64,000 nucleotides of DNA from a virus (IMGVR_UViG_3300020477_000013:32001-96000); one strand, 5' to 3'. Shown: positions 18,901 through 29,600, counted from the first letter of the stretch. Notes: a model not told the origin generated them from the letters alone. Numbers and translations are program-made.

Positions 18901-19258
18901 ATATGGCCAAAAGACATTACTTCGAGCGCAGTCGGCTTTGGATAGGGTTAATGTTAGGCGCTTATTAATTGAGATTAGAAGAAGGGTTCGTAAGGTTGCG
19001 AACAATATTCTATTTGAGCCCAATCGTGCATCCACGTTAGCTAGGTTCTCCGCTGCGGTTAATCCGATATTATCGAAGATTCAAGCCCAGCAAGGCCTAG
19101 ATAGGTTCAAAGTTCAGATTGATACAACGACAACAACACAGGCGGATGTTGAGAATAACACCATTAGAGGAAAGATATTCTTGCAGCCCACACGTGCTGT
19201 TGAATTTGTCGCTCTTGACTTTGTTGTTACTAACACAATTAGTGACGATATGTTGTAG
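15923..19258 (+). CDS. gp18: contractile tail sheath protein, copy 2
   Basis: N-terminal SAGIQAQEIDLS; C-terminal WLAPAGFTRG...LY...INPI..F....IYGQKTL....ALDRVNVRR...PTRAVEFVALDF. Confidence 0.92.
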   Translation: MGEQVFNSAGIQAQEIDLSGPKPAKPEGTPAGVIGTSRKGRAFVPITLPNMSEFIVKFGNTDGKQFAPLAMRQWFSNGARAGTFVRVLGAGDGKKRVESGDNSGRVNRAGFVVGGQVIQDNGQLGNNKWAGVNAAGGGHKDGTSIGKGMAGRTYFLGCFMSESKISSTIFRESGIIQGSTANGYDNPAGTVNPLTQSKPIIRGVLFAASGVALGLSATMHKGNDPFTDACAITKRAANSDQGFTTADYTAAVFGGQSGSFTTNAGGFLGDIDKSSNGGDKFTMILNGMPTNDEFKNVITASFDPKERSYFANVFNKDPNKLEKAGHWLYTHYDVYPAYATITGSKSALSGTDPKDWGGLGDITIGSGPSSGGAQIAFLFTASLARNSGSAANTDADLASYFDGATYGVPNFEGFEDRYRAAFSPYVISQDMGDGAKNLFKVHAISDGLGGYTPTAADLPPEKIKISILNLKKSRSTNPNQQYGTFDLLVRKLDDTDRNQVVYEKHTNLDLDPSSDNYIARRIGDTHIYWDWDRDETAQKLVVEGKYPNFSNYIRVEMNSEVDRGPIGMEPKAMPVGFRGPNHLVTSGSAIFAAMTGALGRVGPGSAPGAFASSEIVVPPIPFRRHIMRKRGVADVAVSYLHWGVQTTIQDSLEEPNKSLQYNDGIDSYTKYFPHYATTFAKAWVGDNAGVSMKGGTVLDSDRFNNNMFTLERVQVVTQSSTVDLPDPLQWAAARYRRDGTLADLTKSDDSTQPGRFINVKKDFGDSTTQSFLKFSFFLQGGFDGTNLFDKQKFELTDLACRREKDNTNQGGVRGPTVMAYRKAIDILKERADADIQLLAIPGLRHPVVTDYAIDAIEDRFDALYIMDIEEKDSANMYVTASDVQLVDVTNTVRRFDDRNLDTSFAAAYFPNVVIRDAATATDLTVPPTVSVLGAFAQNDRLGHPWLAPAGFTRGALKDVIDLGVELKKENMDKLYPSDINPITSFPDASGPLIYGQKTLLRAQSALDRVNVRRLLIEIRRRVRKVANNILFEPNRASTLARFSAAVNPILSKIQAQQGLDRFKVQIDTTTTTQADVENNTIRGKIFLQPTRAVEFVALDFVVTNTISDDML

Positions 19259-19324
19259 GATTCGGGCTTTATCGCTCGGGATTATATATTTAGATAAAGA
19301 CAGGTATTTTAGGAGATAGAAAAA

Positions 19325-19813
19325 ATGGCAGAGACTCTTTCAGTCACAGACATGTTACCAAATAAGTTTGAGCCGAAAAGAAAATTTCGGTGGGTTTTCG
19401 CTATAGAAGGTATTGATGCTTTCTTATGCAAAACAGCTGCACGTCCTACGTTTACGACTGGCGAGCAAGAGATTCAATTCATTAATTCTACTAGGTATAT
19501 TGCTGGTAAGACAAAGTTTGAGACAATGAGCGTTAATTTACACGATCCCATTGCTCCTTCTGGTGCGCAGCAGGTTATGGAGTGGATTAGGACACACTTT
19601 GAGTCCGTTTCAGGCCGCGCTGGTTACGCAGATTTTTATAAGCGTGATTGCCAGCTTAAGCTTTTAGATCCTGTGGGTACTGTTGTCGAGCTATGGGATA
19701 TCAAGGGAGCGTGGATAACATCTGCCAACTTTGGAGACCTAGATTACGGCGCAGAGGATCCGATGGAGGTAGCGCTCACTCTCCGATTTGATAACTGTGT
19801 GCTGCAATACTAG
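19325..19813 (+). CDS. gp19: tail tube protein (gp19-like)
   Basis: FEPKRKFRW...LHDPIAPSGAQQVMEW...GYADFYKRD..L.LLDPVG..VE.W..KGA....NFG.LDY......L.FD; follows the sheaths. Confidence 0.9.
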   Translation: MAETLSVTDMLPNKFEPKRKFRWVFAIEGIDAFLCKTAARPTFTTGEQEIQFINSTRYIAGKTKFETMSVNLHDPIAPSGAQQVMEWIRTHFESVSGRAGYADFYKRDCQLKLLDPVGTVVELWDIKGAWITSANFGDLDYGAEDPMEVALTLRFDNCVLQY

Positions 19814-19844
19814 GCATTTAGATTATACATTTCTTATAAACTTT

Positions 19845-19874
19845 AAACCCACCATCAATGATGGTGGGTTTTTT
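19845..19874 (+). terminator. Rho-independent terminator after the tail tube gene
   Basis: AAACCCACCATC-AAT-GATGGTGGGTTT perfect 12-bp stem, then Ts. Confidence 0.9.
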
Positions 19875-19938
19875 ATTTACAATTTGCTCATACTTGTGGA
19901 TATTTAACCATCAAAGCATAGACTTATAGGTGGTTATT

Positions 19939-20793
19939 ATGTCTGAAGAGATGGAGAGATCAGCCCGCAGTGAGATTTTTGGAGGCCAACAGCACCAGCC
20001 TGGTATGCCTACCAGGAATGTAATGAAAGACGATTTTGATTTTGAGGTACCTGTTGAGTCAGTACCTATCCCAACTAGGGGTGTTGTTTATCCTCATGAT
20101 TCTACATTACACTCTAGGGAAACGGTCGACATCAAGGGTATGACTGCACGTGAAGAAGATATCTTAACATCACGGGCCCTTATCAAGAAGGGAACGGTTA
20201 TAACCGAGCTCCTAAGGTCATGTATTACAGATAAGAATATTAACCCCGACGATATGTTGGTGGGTGATAGAAATGCATTAATGACCGCTGTTAGAATTAC
20301 AGGTTATGGAGCCGAATATAATTGTGAGATTTCATGCCCTGAGTGTGGTGAGAAATCAAAGCATGACTTTGATCTAACATCATTACCTATTAAGAGATTG
20401 AAGATTGAGCCTGTTGCCGATGGTACCAATACGTTTGAGGTTGAATTGCCCATGACAAAAAAGACAATAAGGTTTAAATTTCTCACGGGGAATGATGAAC
20501 GAGAGATGGTGGTTACACAAGAGAGAAGAAAGAAGCAAGGCATGAAAGCAGATTCTTTAGTGACCGAAAGGTTCTCTCGTCAGATTGTATCAGTAGGCAC
20601 CGTTAATGAGAAAAACAAGATTAACATGTTTGTCCGGAACATGCCAGCCAGGGATTCGTTATTTTTGAGAAAATACATTGATGATAATGAGCCTGGAATT
20701 GATATGACTAGCTGGATGGTATGCCCACATTGCGATGAGCATTCGGAGGTGCGCCTTCCCATGGGCGCTACGTTTTTTTGGCCTGACGCCTAG
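19939..20793 (+). CDS. baseplate hub/tail assembly chaperone (gp26-like)
   Basis: V.IP.RG..Y...IKGMTAREEDIL...CPECG...CPHC...FFWP pattern. ATG 19939 preferred over GTG 19930 because of SD AGGTGG spacing. Confidence 0.75.
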   Translation: MSEEMERSARSEIFGGQQHQPGMPTRNVMKDDFDFEVPVESVPIPTRGVVYPHDSTLHSRETVDIKGMTAREEDILTSRALIKKGTVITELLRSCITDKNINPDDMLVGDRNALMTAVRITGYGAEYNCEISCPECGEKSKHDFDLTSLPIKRLKIEPVADGTNTFEVELPMTKKTIRFKFLTGNDEREMVVTQERRKKQGMKADSLVTERFSRQIVSVGTVNEKNKINMFVRNMPARDSLFLRKYIDDNEPGIDMTSWMVCPHCDEHSEVRLPMGATFFWPDA

Positions 20794-21043
20794 CGATAAA
20801 GAGGTTTTCTTAGAGCAGATATTTGCTCTAATGTACTATATGGGTTTTACATATACGGAGGCGTATACACTACCCATATGGCAGCGGCACTGGTTTATAA
20901 AGAGAACCAATCAAGAGCTAAAACAGGCCAGTGAACAGGATAACGGCGCATCAAGAGCGTTGCATCAAAATACCGGCGAAGCCAGGTCTATGTATAATCG
21001 TGCGAGAAGTCAGGTACCTGCTAAATTAAGAAGGTTCTCTTAG
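20780..21043 (+). CDS. gp51-like/T-type chaperone extension, probably reached by frameshift from the upstream ORF
   Basis: +1 frame reads FFGLTPSDKEVFLEQIFALMYYMGFTYTEAYTLPIWQRHWFIKR; no SD-supported start; overlaps a T7 run. Confidence 0.6.
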   Translation, partial: GLTPSDKEVFLEQIFALMYYMGFTYTEAYTLPIWQRHWFIKRTNQELKQASEQDNGASRALHQNTGEARSMYNRARSQVPAKLRRFS

Positions 21044-21073
21044 GCCATATTTATTATTCGGAGGTGTTTTCGT

Positions 21074-21325
21074 ATGGGTAATGATATTAAGAGATTGTCT
21101 GCACTGGCTGCAGCACACATATTAGGTAAAAAGACAAACATAAAACTAACAGGAAGCAAAAAAAAGGTTATGGCTACCAGGAATGTTATTAATGCATCAA
21201 GGAATTTATATGAAGCCATGAACCGCCAAGAGCCTAGGCTAGATGAGGTAAAATTATGTCTCCAAAAGAAGCAAGATGCTGCCAAAGAATTTAAGGTAGA
21301 ATTTGGTCATTCTTGGCCTCTCTGA
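21074..21325 (+). CDS. hypothetical protein
   Basis: 83-aa basic ORF with SD GGAGG and late motif at 21047-21054. Confidence 0.7.
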   Translation: MGNDIKRLSALAAAHILGKKTNIKLTGSKKKVMATRNVINASRNLYEAMNRQEPRLDEVKLCLQKKQDAAKEFKVEFGHSWPL

Positions 21326-21391
21326 TCTCTAAAGTGGTTTTACCTAATACTTACATAGGTAAGGCATTGTAGTATACGGGACACATGATAT

Positions 21392-24300
21392 ATGGCCGAT
21401 GAATCAGCAGATCAGTTAGCAATTCAACAACAGATCAATGAAGTGCTCGAGGCCCGGAAGGCTATCCTTAAAGAGATGGAGGCTTCTTACTCGCGCCAGT
21501 CGAAGGTTAGCGCAAGTCTCTGTTCTGCGATGGATCAGTGCCGTGTGTCCGCTGATAAGACACGCCAGTCATCCCAACAACTAAGGAACGGGCTGGAACA
21601 AGCTGCGCAAGAGGCAGAAAATTTAAGCGATGAGCTTGAAGGTGCACAAGAAGAAGCAGAGTCAGCGTCAGACTCTATACAGTCTGCTTCTGGTGGCATA
21701 GGTAGTTTTGTCAAGGCCGGTCTCGGCCTTGCTGGTGTTGCTAGCGTTTTTGGGAAAATTGGAGGTATGGCTGAGGGTCTAGGTGCGATTCTGTCTTCGG
21801 TGACATCCGCTATATGGAACATTGGAACGGCAATTATAGCAATCCCATTTCAGATATTCGGTGCCCTCGTTGATATGGCCCAAGGTGGCGGGGGCTCATC
21901 CGGCCTAAGGGAGGCTATAGAGTCAGTTAGGGAACAGTTTGGTGACCTTGCTAGCAATGAAGGTAAGGCCCTGTACAATACCCTCGGCGATATGCGAAAG
22001 AATATGCGTAATCTTGCCGGTACTGGCTTGAGAATGGGCAAGGTGTTCGGGTATGGCCGGAAGGGAATGGCTGAGTTGCTAAAGGCTAATCTTGAGTTAG
22101 CACAAGCACTGGGCCCGTCATTTAACAAGCTTAAGGGTGTCATAGAGAAAAATTCTGTTGCTATAGCTATGTATGGTAAAGGCCTAGGCTTAGCTGCAGA
22201 ACAACAGGCATATATGCTTAAGCATGCTAAGGCAATGGGTAAAGATCCCGTTAAATACCTAAATGCTGTTGCAAATCAGGCCATTCAGCTTGGAAAGCAG
22301 TTCGGGATTAGCTCAAAAGTTATGGGTAAAGCAGTAGGAGAAATGACTGCTGACGTTGATAATTTCGGTCATATGAGTGTTAAGCAATTAGGTGCAACGG
22401 CTGCATTTGCTTCTAAGCTAGGGATTGAGATTAAGACATTATCTGGGATAGTAGATAAATTCCTCAATTTCGAAGATGCAGCACAGTCAGTTGCTCAACT
22501 AAATCAAGCATTCGGCGCTCAAGTTGACGTTATGAAGTTGATGAATGCCGAAAGCCCTGCACAGCAAATAGACATGATGAGAAAGTCAATGTTCGCTGCA
22601 GGAAAAGATATTAGAAGTATGACCCTGGCTGAGCGGAAGTTGCTAGCACAGACGACAGGGTTACAAGGTGCTGCTCTAGAGCAGGCATTCTCTATAGAAA
22701 ACCAGGGCGTTTCTTACGACAAGATGGCAGAGGCTTCTGAAAAGGCTGCAAAAGCTCAAAAATCTCAAGCTGAGGTAATGAAAGAGCTATCAAAGAATAT
22801 AAAACGCCTAGTTCGCTCAGGCGGCGGCGGTAAGGTCAAGGGTTTCTTTGACGCATTCTCAAAGGGATTTGAGGAAGGCATAATGAGAGCAGGCCCATTC
22901 CGCCAGATGCTTAGGAATATTGCTAGGTCATTGAGGATTACCACATATGCGGGTAGAGCTGTAGGCAGAATGTTCGTTAATATGTTTCCCGGTATAAAGA
23001 AAATGACCGGCGGACTTGCGGATATATTCGATCCTAAGAGATTTCAAAAGTTCATGGATAAAATAAAGGGCGTCTTTAGGACCTTTTTTACTGACGTCGG
23101 TGGTAATAAGCCTGGCAGCGTAAAGAATTTCCTAAAGAGCCTCAAGGATACCTTTATGAACTGGCTTTCAGGTGGTAAAGCTGGTGGGGGTAAGATCTTA
23201 GAGGGCCTCTCTGAATTCTGGAATGCATTTAAACTCATAATCAAGCAAGCGATACCCGTCGTGGTTGAGGGCTTAGTGTGGCTATTCGATCAAATAGCCG
23301 CATTTATAAATAACCCCAGTGTCCTCGTAGGCCCGATGAACGCGATAGGGAATTTCTTTGGTAACCTCTTTGACGAATTCTACTCTGTGATTGAGCCGCA
23401 TGTAAGCAAAATAGGCGATGCATTCATGAAACTAGTTCAGGCATTAGAACCGTATTTTGTACAAGTATATGACTGGATAGGCACAAAGATGTCAGAGCTT
23501 GGGACCGTCTTATGGGATGCGATAACAAATTCATGGGTGGCTAAAGCAGCAATTGGTGCAGCTATAGTGATTGTAGGTGCAAAGTTATTGGGGGTGGTGG
23601 GTGCAGTCTTAGGTACCGTATTTTCCGGCATCGGCGGAATAATCGGCAAAATTAAGGGTCAAGGCGCAGGGAGTTCCTTTATAGACTTCTTAACGGAGTT
23701 TGAGGATGTTGAGTATAGCGATATTGCAAAATTTGCGGCATTGTTGGTGGTAGTCGGTGTCGCGATGGCTGGACTCACACATGCAGTGGTTATACCAACG
23801 ATCGAAGCAATTAGCGCGTCCAAGGGCTTGACACCACAGGCTGCTGCAGGGTATGGCATTATAATGGGTGCCTCACTGTTAGGTGTTATAGGCGTTTTAG
23901 AGATTGCAAAGAGATATCAGGCATTAATGGAGAACCAGGGCTTTCTTAAGAAGATAGGAATTGGCCTTGCTATTATTGCCGGTATAATGCTCATTATGGG
24001 AGGAGTCTTTGCACTCAATACATTTATGCTGGTTAAAGCCATGGGTGACAAAGATGCCGGTGGCGTGGGAAAGGTCTTTAAGGCACTTTCTAGTATGCTT
24101 CAAGCCGTTTTGATCATGATGCCTGTAGCAGCAGTCTTAGGCATAGCAGCAGCAGCATCACCATGGGGCACATTAGGAGTAGCGTTGATAGTCCTGGGGA
24201 TGGGTGTTATCGGGACGCTATTGGTCGCTTTAACATATTGCTTAATACCCGCTATCAAGATGATCGCCGGCATGGATGTCGGAAATCCTGCTGAGTTTGA

Positions 24301-26302
24301 AAAGAAAATGAGAGCATTTGTCTCCATTATTCAAGCATTTCAACCAATACTAGAGATGAATAAAGGGTTTGAAAAAATAGAGGATGCTGATCCTGAACAA
24401 ATAATAAAGATGATACAGGAGAATAACGCAGGTGTTACTGGCGTCCTAAAAGAAATGAGGTTGTTTATCAATGACTTAATTTCAGCCGTTGGTGGCATGA
24501 CTCCAGCCCAGATGGAGAGTGCTAAGGTAGGAGGTAAGATTATTTCATCCGTGTCATCATTATTAGGAGTACTTATCCAACCCTTTGGGCAACTAATAAC
24601 GTCTCTTGAAAAATTGGCCGATGAGGATATAGATGACTTTTCTGAAAAGTTGGCTCCAGCATTTCGCAATTTCAGGATTCAAATGGTAGCGATGGTTAAG
24701 CAGTTAGCTGAGCCCCTTAGGGATCTAATAAAAACAATTTATGATGTTGATATCGACATGTCAGATGCCGATAAGGCAAAGAATAAGATGAACCTTATTA
24801 CACTGGCTGCAAGGGCAGCCGGCGATATGATGAAAGGCTTTACTGCTATGACGGAAGGCATCGGCGCGAATAAGGCATTACAACATGCACTAGATGAATC
24901 GTCCTATACAAGCGCAGAGAAATTTTTTAATAAAGAAGCCGTCCGTGGTGGGAAGGTCGTTAGAGAAGGTGGCCAGGTCACAAAGACAAAGCTTGGAAGG
25001 GTTATGAGGGGTGTAGATAGCGTCATGTCAAAGATTACGGGCTCTATTGGCAAGCACATGCCTACAATTCTCACGAAAGTTTCAGGATTGTATACAACGC
25101 TCAAGACATCATTTGCTGGTGAATCAGATGCATCAATATTGAAAAAGCTGGAACTTGTTACTGCTGCTATCGGTATTGCTGGAAAATTTTCAAAGGTGTT
25201 GGGCGAAACCATGCAGTCTCTAGGTGGAGGTTCGGGTGCGCTAAGCAAGGCAATAAGCGAAGGTACTATCTCTACCCTGCTTTTAGCAGTTACGGAGATT
25301 ACGAATGTCTTATCATCTGATCTCGTTCTTAATTTGGGACTAATGGTTTCCGGAATATCTGCGATAGATATCCCAGAGACTATGAATGATGCGAAAATAA
25401 AATCACTTGGTAGCATAATGGGTATAGCTACATCCTTTGCAACGATAATGAAAGATATTCAAGATAAATTTGGGGAAAAGGAAGTACAGATTGATAAGGG
25501 TAAATTCAAGACGATAGGGGCTAGCTTTGGTGTAATGGGTACCATCGTGACTGAGATGAAACAGCCCCTATCAGACCTAGTCGAGAATATGATTGGGAAG
25601 GACGGTAAAGGCGGCCTCATAGGGAAGATCCCAGCAAAGTTCCAGCGTGGCGTTATAGCTGCTAAAGTAAAGACTCTAGGCTTTATCGCACAAGCCGCGA
25701 AATCATTTACTGGCATAATCGGGGGCATGGTGGGTGATGATGGAACGTCATCTATTTTCGGTACCGTTGCGGTTGCAACAGGCACTTCGCTTAGTTGGAT
25801 AATAGCATTAATGGATAAGGGGATGGCTAAAGCTAACGGGATCCCCATGACGATACCAGAATTTACACAGCACATGGCAAATAAAAAAAATAAGTTATAT
25901 GCCATAGGGTCCAAGACAATTGCTGCAATGGATGATATCCCCGTCTTTATGAATGCATTCAGCAGCGCGATGCCGGCTGTACAGAAGGCAGGCGAAGTCG
26001 CTATTTTGAATCATGCATCAAGTATTGCATCTATAGCGGAACAAATTAATACAATGAATGCTTCACTGAGGAGCATTAAGGCAGGATCGATTGATGTTGC
26101 ATTACAAAATTTCACCAAGGCAGTTGCTGTTGGTGGCAACGACAAGTCATTCAAGGTAAAACCGGCGAACATGACAGTTAATATGACAATCAATATCAAG
26201 ATGGATAGGCATTCAATGGTGAAATACCTTTCAGGTAAGGTAAACTCAAAAACGACCGATCGCCTAAAAATTGCAGATAAGCCTAACAAGGATCCAAAAT
26301 AG
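21392..26302 (+). CDS. tape measure protein
   Basis: 1636 aa, Ala/Gly/Leu-rich helical, with hydrophobic stretches; canonical position after tube and chaperones. Confidence 0.85.
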   Translation: MADESADQLAIQQQINEVLEARKAILKEMEASYSRQSKVSASLCSAMDQCRVSADKTRQSSQQLRNGLEQAAQEAENLSDELEGAQEEAESASDSIQSASGGIGSFVKAGLGLAGVASVFGKIGGMAEGLGAILSSVTSAIWNIGTAIIAIPFQIFGALVDMAQGGGGSSGLREAIESVREQFGDLASNEGKALYNTLGDMRKNMRNLAGTGLRMGKVFGYGRKGMAELLKANLELAQALGPSFNKLKGVIEKNSVAIAMYGKGLGLAAEQQAYMLKHAKAMGKDPVKYLNAVANQAIQLGKQFGISSKVMGKAVGEMTADVDNFGHMSVKQLGATAAFASKLGIEIKTLSGIVDKFLNFEDAAQSVAQLNQAFGAQVDVMKLMNAESPAQQIDMMRKSMFAAGKDIRSMTLAERKLLAQTTGLQGAALEQAFSIENQGVSYDKMAEASEKAAKAQKSQAEVMKELSKNIKRLVRSGGGGKVKGFFDAFSKGFEEGIMRAGPFRQMLRNIARSLRITTYAGRAVGRMFVNMFPGIKKMTGGLADIFDPKRFQKFMDKIKGVFRTFFTDVGGNKPGSVKNFLKSLKDTFMNWLSGGKAGGGKILEGLSEFWNAFKLIIKQAIPVVVEGLVWLFDQIAAFINNPSVLVGPMNAIGNFFGNLFDEFYSVIEPHVSKIGDAFMKLVQALEPYFVQVYDWIGTKMSELGTVLWDAITNSWVAKAAIGAAIVIVGAKLLGVVGAVLGTVFSGIGGIIGKIKGQGAGSSFIDFLTEFEDVEYSDIAKFAALLVVVGVAMAGLTHAVVIPTIEAISASKGLTPQAAAGYGIIMGASLLGVIGVLEIAKRYQALMENQGFLKKIGIGLAIIAGIMLIMGGVFALNTFMLVKAMGDKDAGGVGKVFKALSSMLQAVLIMMPVAAVLGIAAAASPWGTLGVALIVLGMGVIGTLLVALTYCLIPAIKMIAGMDVGNPAEFEKKMRAFVSIIQAFQPILEMNKGFEKIEDADPEQIIKMIQENNAGVTGVLKEMRLFINDLISAVGGMTPAQMESAKVGGKIISSVSSLLGVLIQPFGQLITSLEKLADEDIDDFSEKLAPAFRNFRIQMVAMVKQLAEPLRDLIKTIYDVDIDMSDADKAKNKMNLITLAARAAGDMMKGFTAMTEGIGANKALQHALDESSYTSAEKFFNKEAVRGGKVVREGGQVTKTKLGRVMRGVDSVMSKITGSIGKHMPTILTKVSGLYTTLKTSFAGESDASILKKLELVTAAIGIAGKFSKVLGETMQSLGGGSGALSKAISEGTISTLLLAVTEITNVLSSDLVLNLGLMVSGISAIDIPETMNDAKIKSLGSIMGIATSFATIMKDIQDKFGEKEVQIDKGKFKTIGASFGVMGTIVTEMKQPLSDLVENMIGKDGKGGLIGKIPAKFQRGVIAAKVKTLGFIAQAAKSFTGIIGGMVGDDGTSSIFGTVAVATGTSLSWIIALMDKGMAKANGIPMTIPEFTQHMANKKNKLYAIGSKTIAAMDDIPVFMNAFSSAMPAVQKAGEVAILNHASSIASIAEQINTMNASLRSIKAGSIDVALQNFTKAVAVGGNDKSFKVKPANMTVNMTINIKMDRHSMVKYLSGKVNSKTTDRLKIADKPNKDPK

Positions 26303-26371
26303 CTATTTCACATTCGCTAGGTTTTATATTTATTTAATATTTAGGGAATTGAGTATCGGAGGCAAGTTAAA

Positions 26372-26641
26372 ATGGAAGATAAAGAATTTGAAAATATCAA
26401 CAAAGACGAAGATCTAGACCCGGACTATTTGAGGGCTAGGGATGAAGGTATCCTTGAGGGTGTTTACAAACAACTACATCCTGTTACTAGGGCTTATGTA
26501 GAGAGAAAAGCTAGTGCATTCATGAAGAGCTTCACAGAACACCTAAGGGCAATGGAAAAGGTTGGCGAAGATAAAGATGCTAGAGAAAAAATGTTCCGAA
26601 AACTAAATATCAATCCCAAAGACTCAGGGGGATCTAGGTAA
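26372..26641 (+). CDS. hypothetical protein
   Basis: 89-aa ORF with SD GGAGG; its stop overlaps the next start. Confidence 0.65.
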   Translation: MEDKEFENINKDEDLDPDYLRARDEGILEGVYKQLHPVTRAYVERKASAFMKSFTEHLRAMEKVGEDKDAREKMFRKLNINPKDSGGSR

Positions 26642-29600
26642 TGGGTAAAAAGATCAACACCGGAGGCCTTGACGACTCTTCTACTTCGTACGTTATAAAG
26701 AATAGTGGTGAACCGTTCCAGGCCGGTGATGATCTAACTACTGAGACAAAGGAGACGCTAGGGTCTTACCTCAATAAGATACAAAGTGATAGTGCAAATG
26801 CATTCAAGGTCACGAATGTATCTGGGTCTATGACTCCGAAATTTAATCCTCCTCCCATCCCTAACACGACTCCCTCGATAGTTGTGGGAGGCTTTAGCGA
26901 CGATGGTGTAGAATCTTTCATGGAGGTAATCAATAGTATTACTGCGGATTCATGGTCACCGGTCGAGCAGCTTGGTGATAGCTTAAATGGTAATTTTGAA
27001 GATATATCAAAATTTCTAGATAAGGCTGTTAGGTCCGTCGAGGGTCACACTCTTTTAGCTAATGTTGAACCATATGGTGGTTATCAGGGCACAGGCGAAG
27101 GCGTAGGCACAGGGCGCTTCGGCCAGAAGGACCCGGGGTGGGTTCCTGAGACACCAGACGGCGAATTAGTTCCTCCCCATAGAAAGATGCAGAAGCAGAT
27201 CCAGGGAATCTTGGGACACAATCGCTTTAGCCCTGGTAGCGAGAGTCCATTTATTAGGGACGGTTCGTCATCCGTGTCATACGATGACGCGGGTAAGAGG
27301 AATTCTGCTGATCATCTTGTAGGTTATGTCCAGGATGAACTTGGTGTGTGGAAGAGTGGTCCGTCTGCGAAGGCTATTACATTCAATGAAGTAAGAGAGA
27401 TCGGTTTAGCACTAATGGTTAGGGCGACAGGCCATGAATACATGGATGACGGTACACGTACCGGTGCACTTAACGTTGCGAATGTAGGTGATGCATTGCT
27501 GGCGCCGACAGGTGTACAGCTGCAGATCACAAGGGTATGGACAGACAAGATAACGACAAGGGATGTTATGAATGACCTAGGCATCTATGGTGACCTGGGT
27601 CGCTTTACCATTCCTGATTCTGAATTTCATCCGGGCATCGATCCTGCAACAGGGCAAATAAAAGATGACAGGGGGGATGAAGGGATATTTGGGTATAAGG
27701 GCCCTAGCGCTAATGCATCAAGTTACGGTTCTTTAAATTCTCCGCACGAGCCATTTGACGGGCCGGCTCCCCTAGGGATGATTATTCTTGCTGCGACTAC
27801 AATCGTCAGCATTATACTAATATCATGGGGTATTAATGCTGCTATTGGTACCGCTACCGGAGCCGAAGCGGCCGGTGTGAAGGCAAAAGACAGGAGCAAC
27901 CTAGACGCCCTAGGACGTTCCCCTGCACCCACATGGGGAGGTACTTATGGTAAGTCATCGCCCAAGACGGAGAGTTGGAATTTTGTATTACAGCTTTTGG
28001 GTATTCCTAATTTGACAAACCGATTCGACGCATGCTTTTTTCATGGAATACAGGCATTTTACGGATTTGCAGAAGGTGACCTAGAAGAAATGACGTCAGG
28101 GAACTCTAACCCTACTCCTGAGTTTATTATCGAGTCTGCGCTCAATCTGTTATTGTCTTCTGGCTACTATGCAAATATTATGAGGGCTGTTGCAAGGGAT
28201 ATTGAGCAAATCACACATGCCGGTGAAAAGATGGCCGCTGATATTCCAACGGCACCTGTCACTGCTGGTTTCGAGGGTGTTTTCGGGATCATTGAGGCTC
28301 TTGTCACTTCCACTACGTGGAGGTTTATCATGACGATATGTACTATAGGTGACAAGGTGATTAACGCAGATTTCGGCGTCATGTCAATTGTCCCTGGTCG
28401 AGGCCAGGTACTTTCAAAGGCAAAAGTCTACCCATCGAACCGCATTTACAAGAGCAGAAAGCACCAGGGTCAATCCACCCTTGCATGGGCACAATCTCAA
28501 GTGCCTTCTTTATTTTTGCTTCCAGCCGCGTTCCAGACAGCTGTTACAGAGATGGGTGCCATGGCACCGCAATATGGCGTCACGAAATTTGCTGCTATGG
28601 GATCATCGGATATTGACAAGTACACCGGTACAGGTGCGGTAGTTATAGCTGGAAAGAGCATAAAGGGAAAGGATGGCAAATCAAAGTCAGCCAGCATTCT
28701 TTCTTCTGAATATGTAAGGAAGATGGAGGACTGGCTGGAGTCCGAATATTATCCATTTTATTTTCATGACTTACGAACGAATGAGATTATCGGCTTTCAT
28801 GCATTCTTGTCTTCTCTTGGTGAGTCATTTTCACCAAACTGGAACAGTACCGGCGGCGTAGGCAGGATAGATGATGTTAATACATATGTAAAGACAGATA
28901 GGACGATAGATATTTCCTTCGTTGTTGCATCTACAAGTAAAGAAGATTTCCAGAACATGTGGTGGAAAATAAACAAGCTTGTTTCGATGGTTTACCCACA
29001 GTGGACGCCAGGTAAAATGATGGAGGGCCCGTCTGGCCGACGATTCCGCATGCCGTTTTCCCAAATTCCATCGGCATCTCCAATCATTCGGATGAGAATA
29101 GGCGATATGGTAAAATCTAATTACTCTAGGTTTAATCTTGCTCGTCTTTTCGGGGTGGGAGATGCTGCAGTAAAGGAGGCTTTTTCAAAAGCTGCTGGTG
29201 ACGCAATTACCGCCGCCCAGGTTAAGAAGAGAGATGATAAGATATTAGAGCTTAAAGCTGCGAAGATATCGGAATTTAAAAGTGTCTACGATACCGTCGA
29301 CGATGGGGAACCTAGTTGGAAATGGGTAGAGGGCATGATTGTCCAGCCTAAAAAAGATGTGACGATCCTGATTACTGAGCGTGACAAAAAGGGGAACGGC
29401 GCTTACGAGAAAAAAAACTACAGAAAAAGGAAGGGTGCACCTGGAATGTATGCCATTATTGACAAGGTCCACCCCCATCCTGCACCCTCAGAGGATGCAA
29501 CACCTGAAGAATACGAAGCCTGGTTAGAATCATCTCCAAAGTTAGACGTAATTTTTCAAGATCCCGAAGTTACAGATAGTCCAGGCCATACGTATATTGT

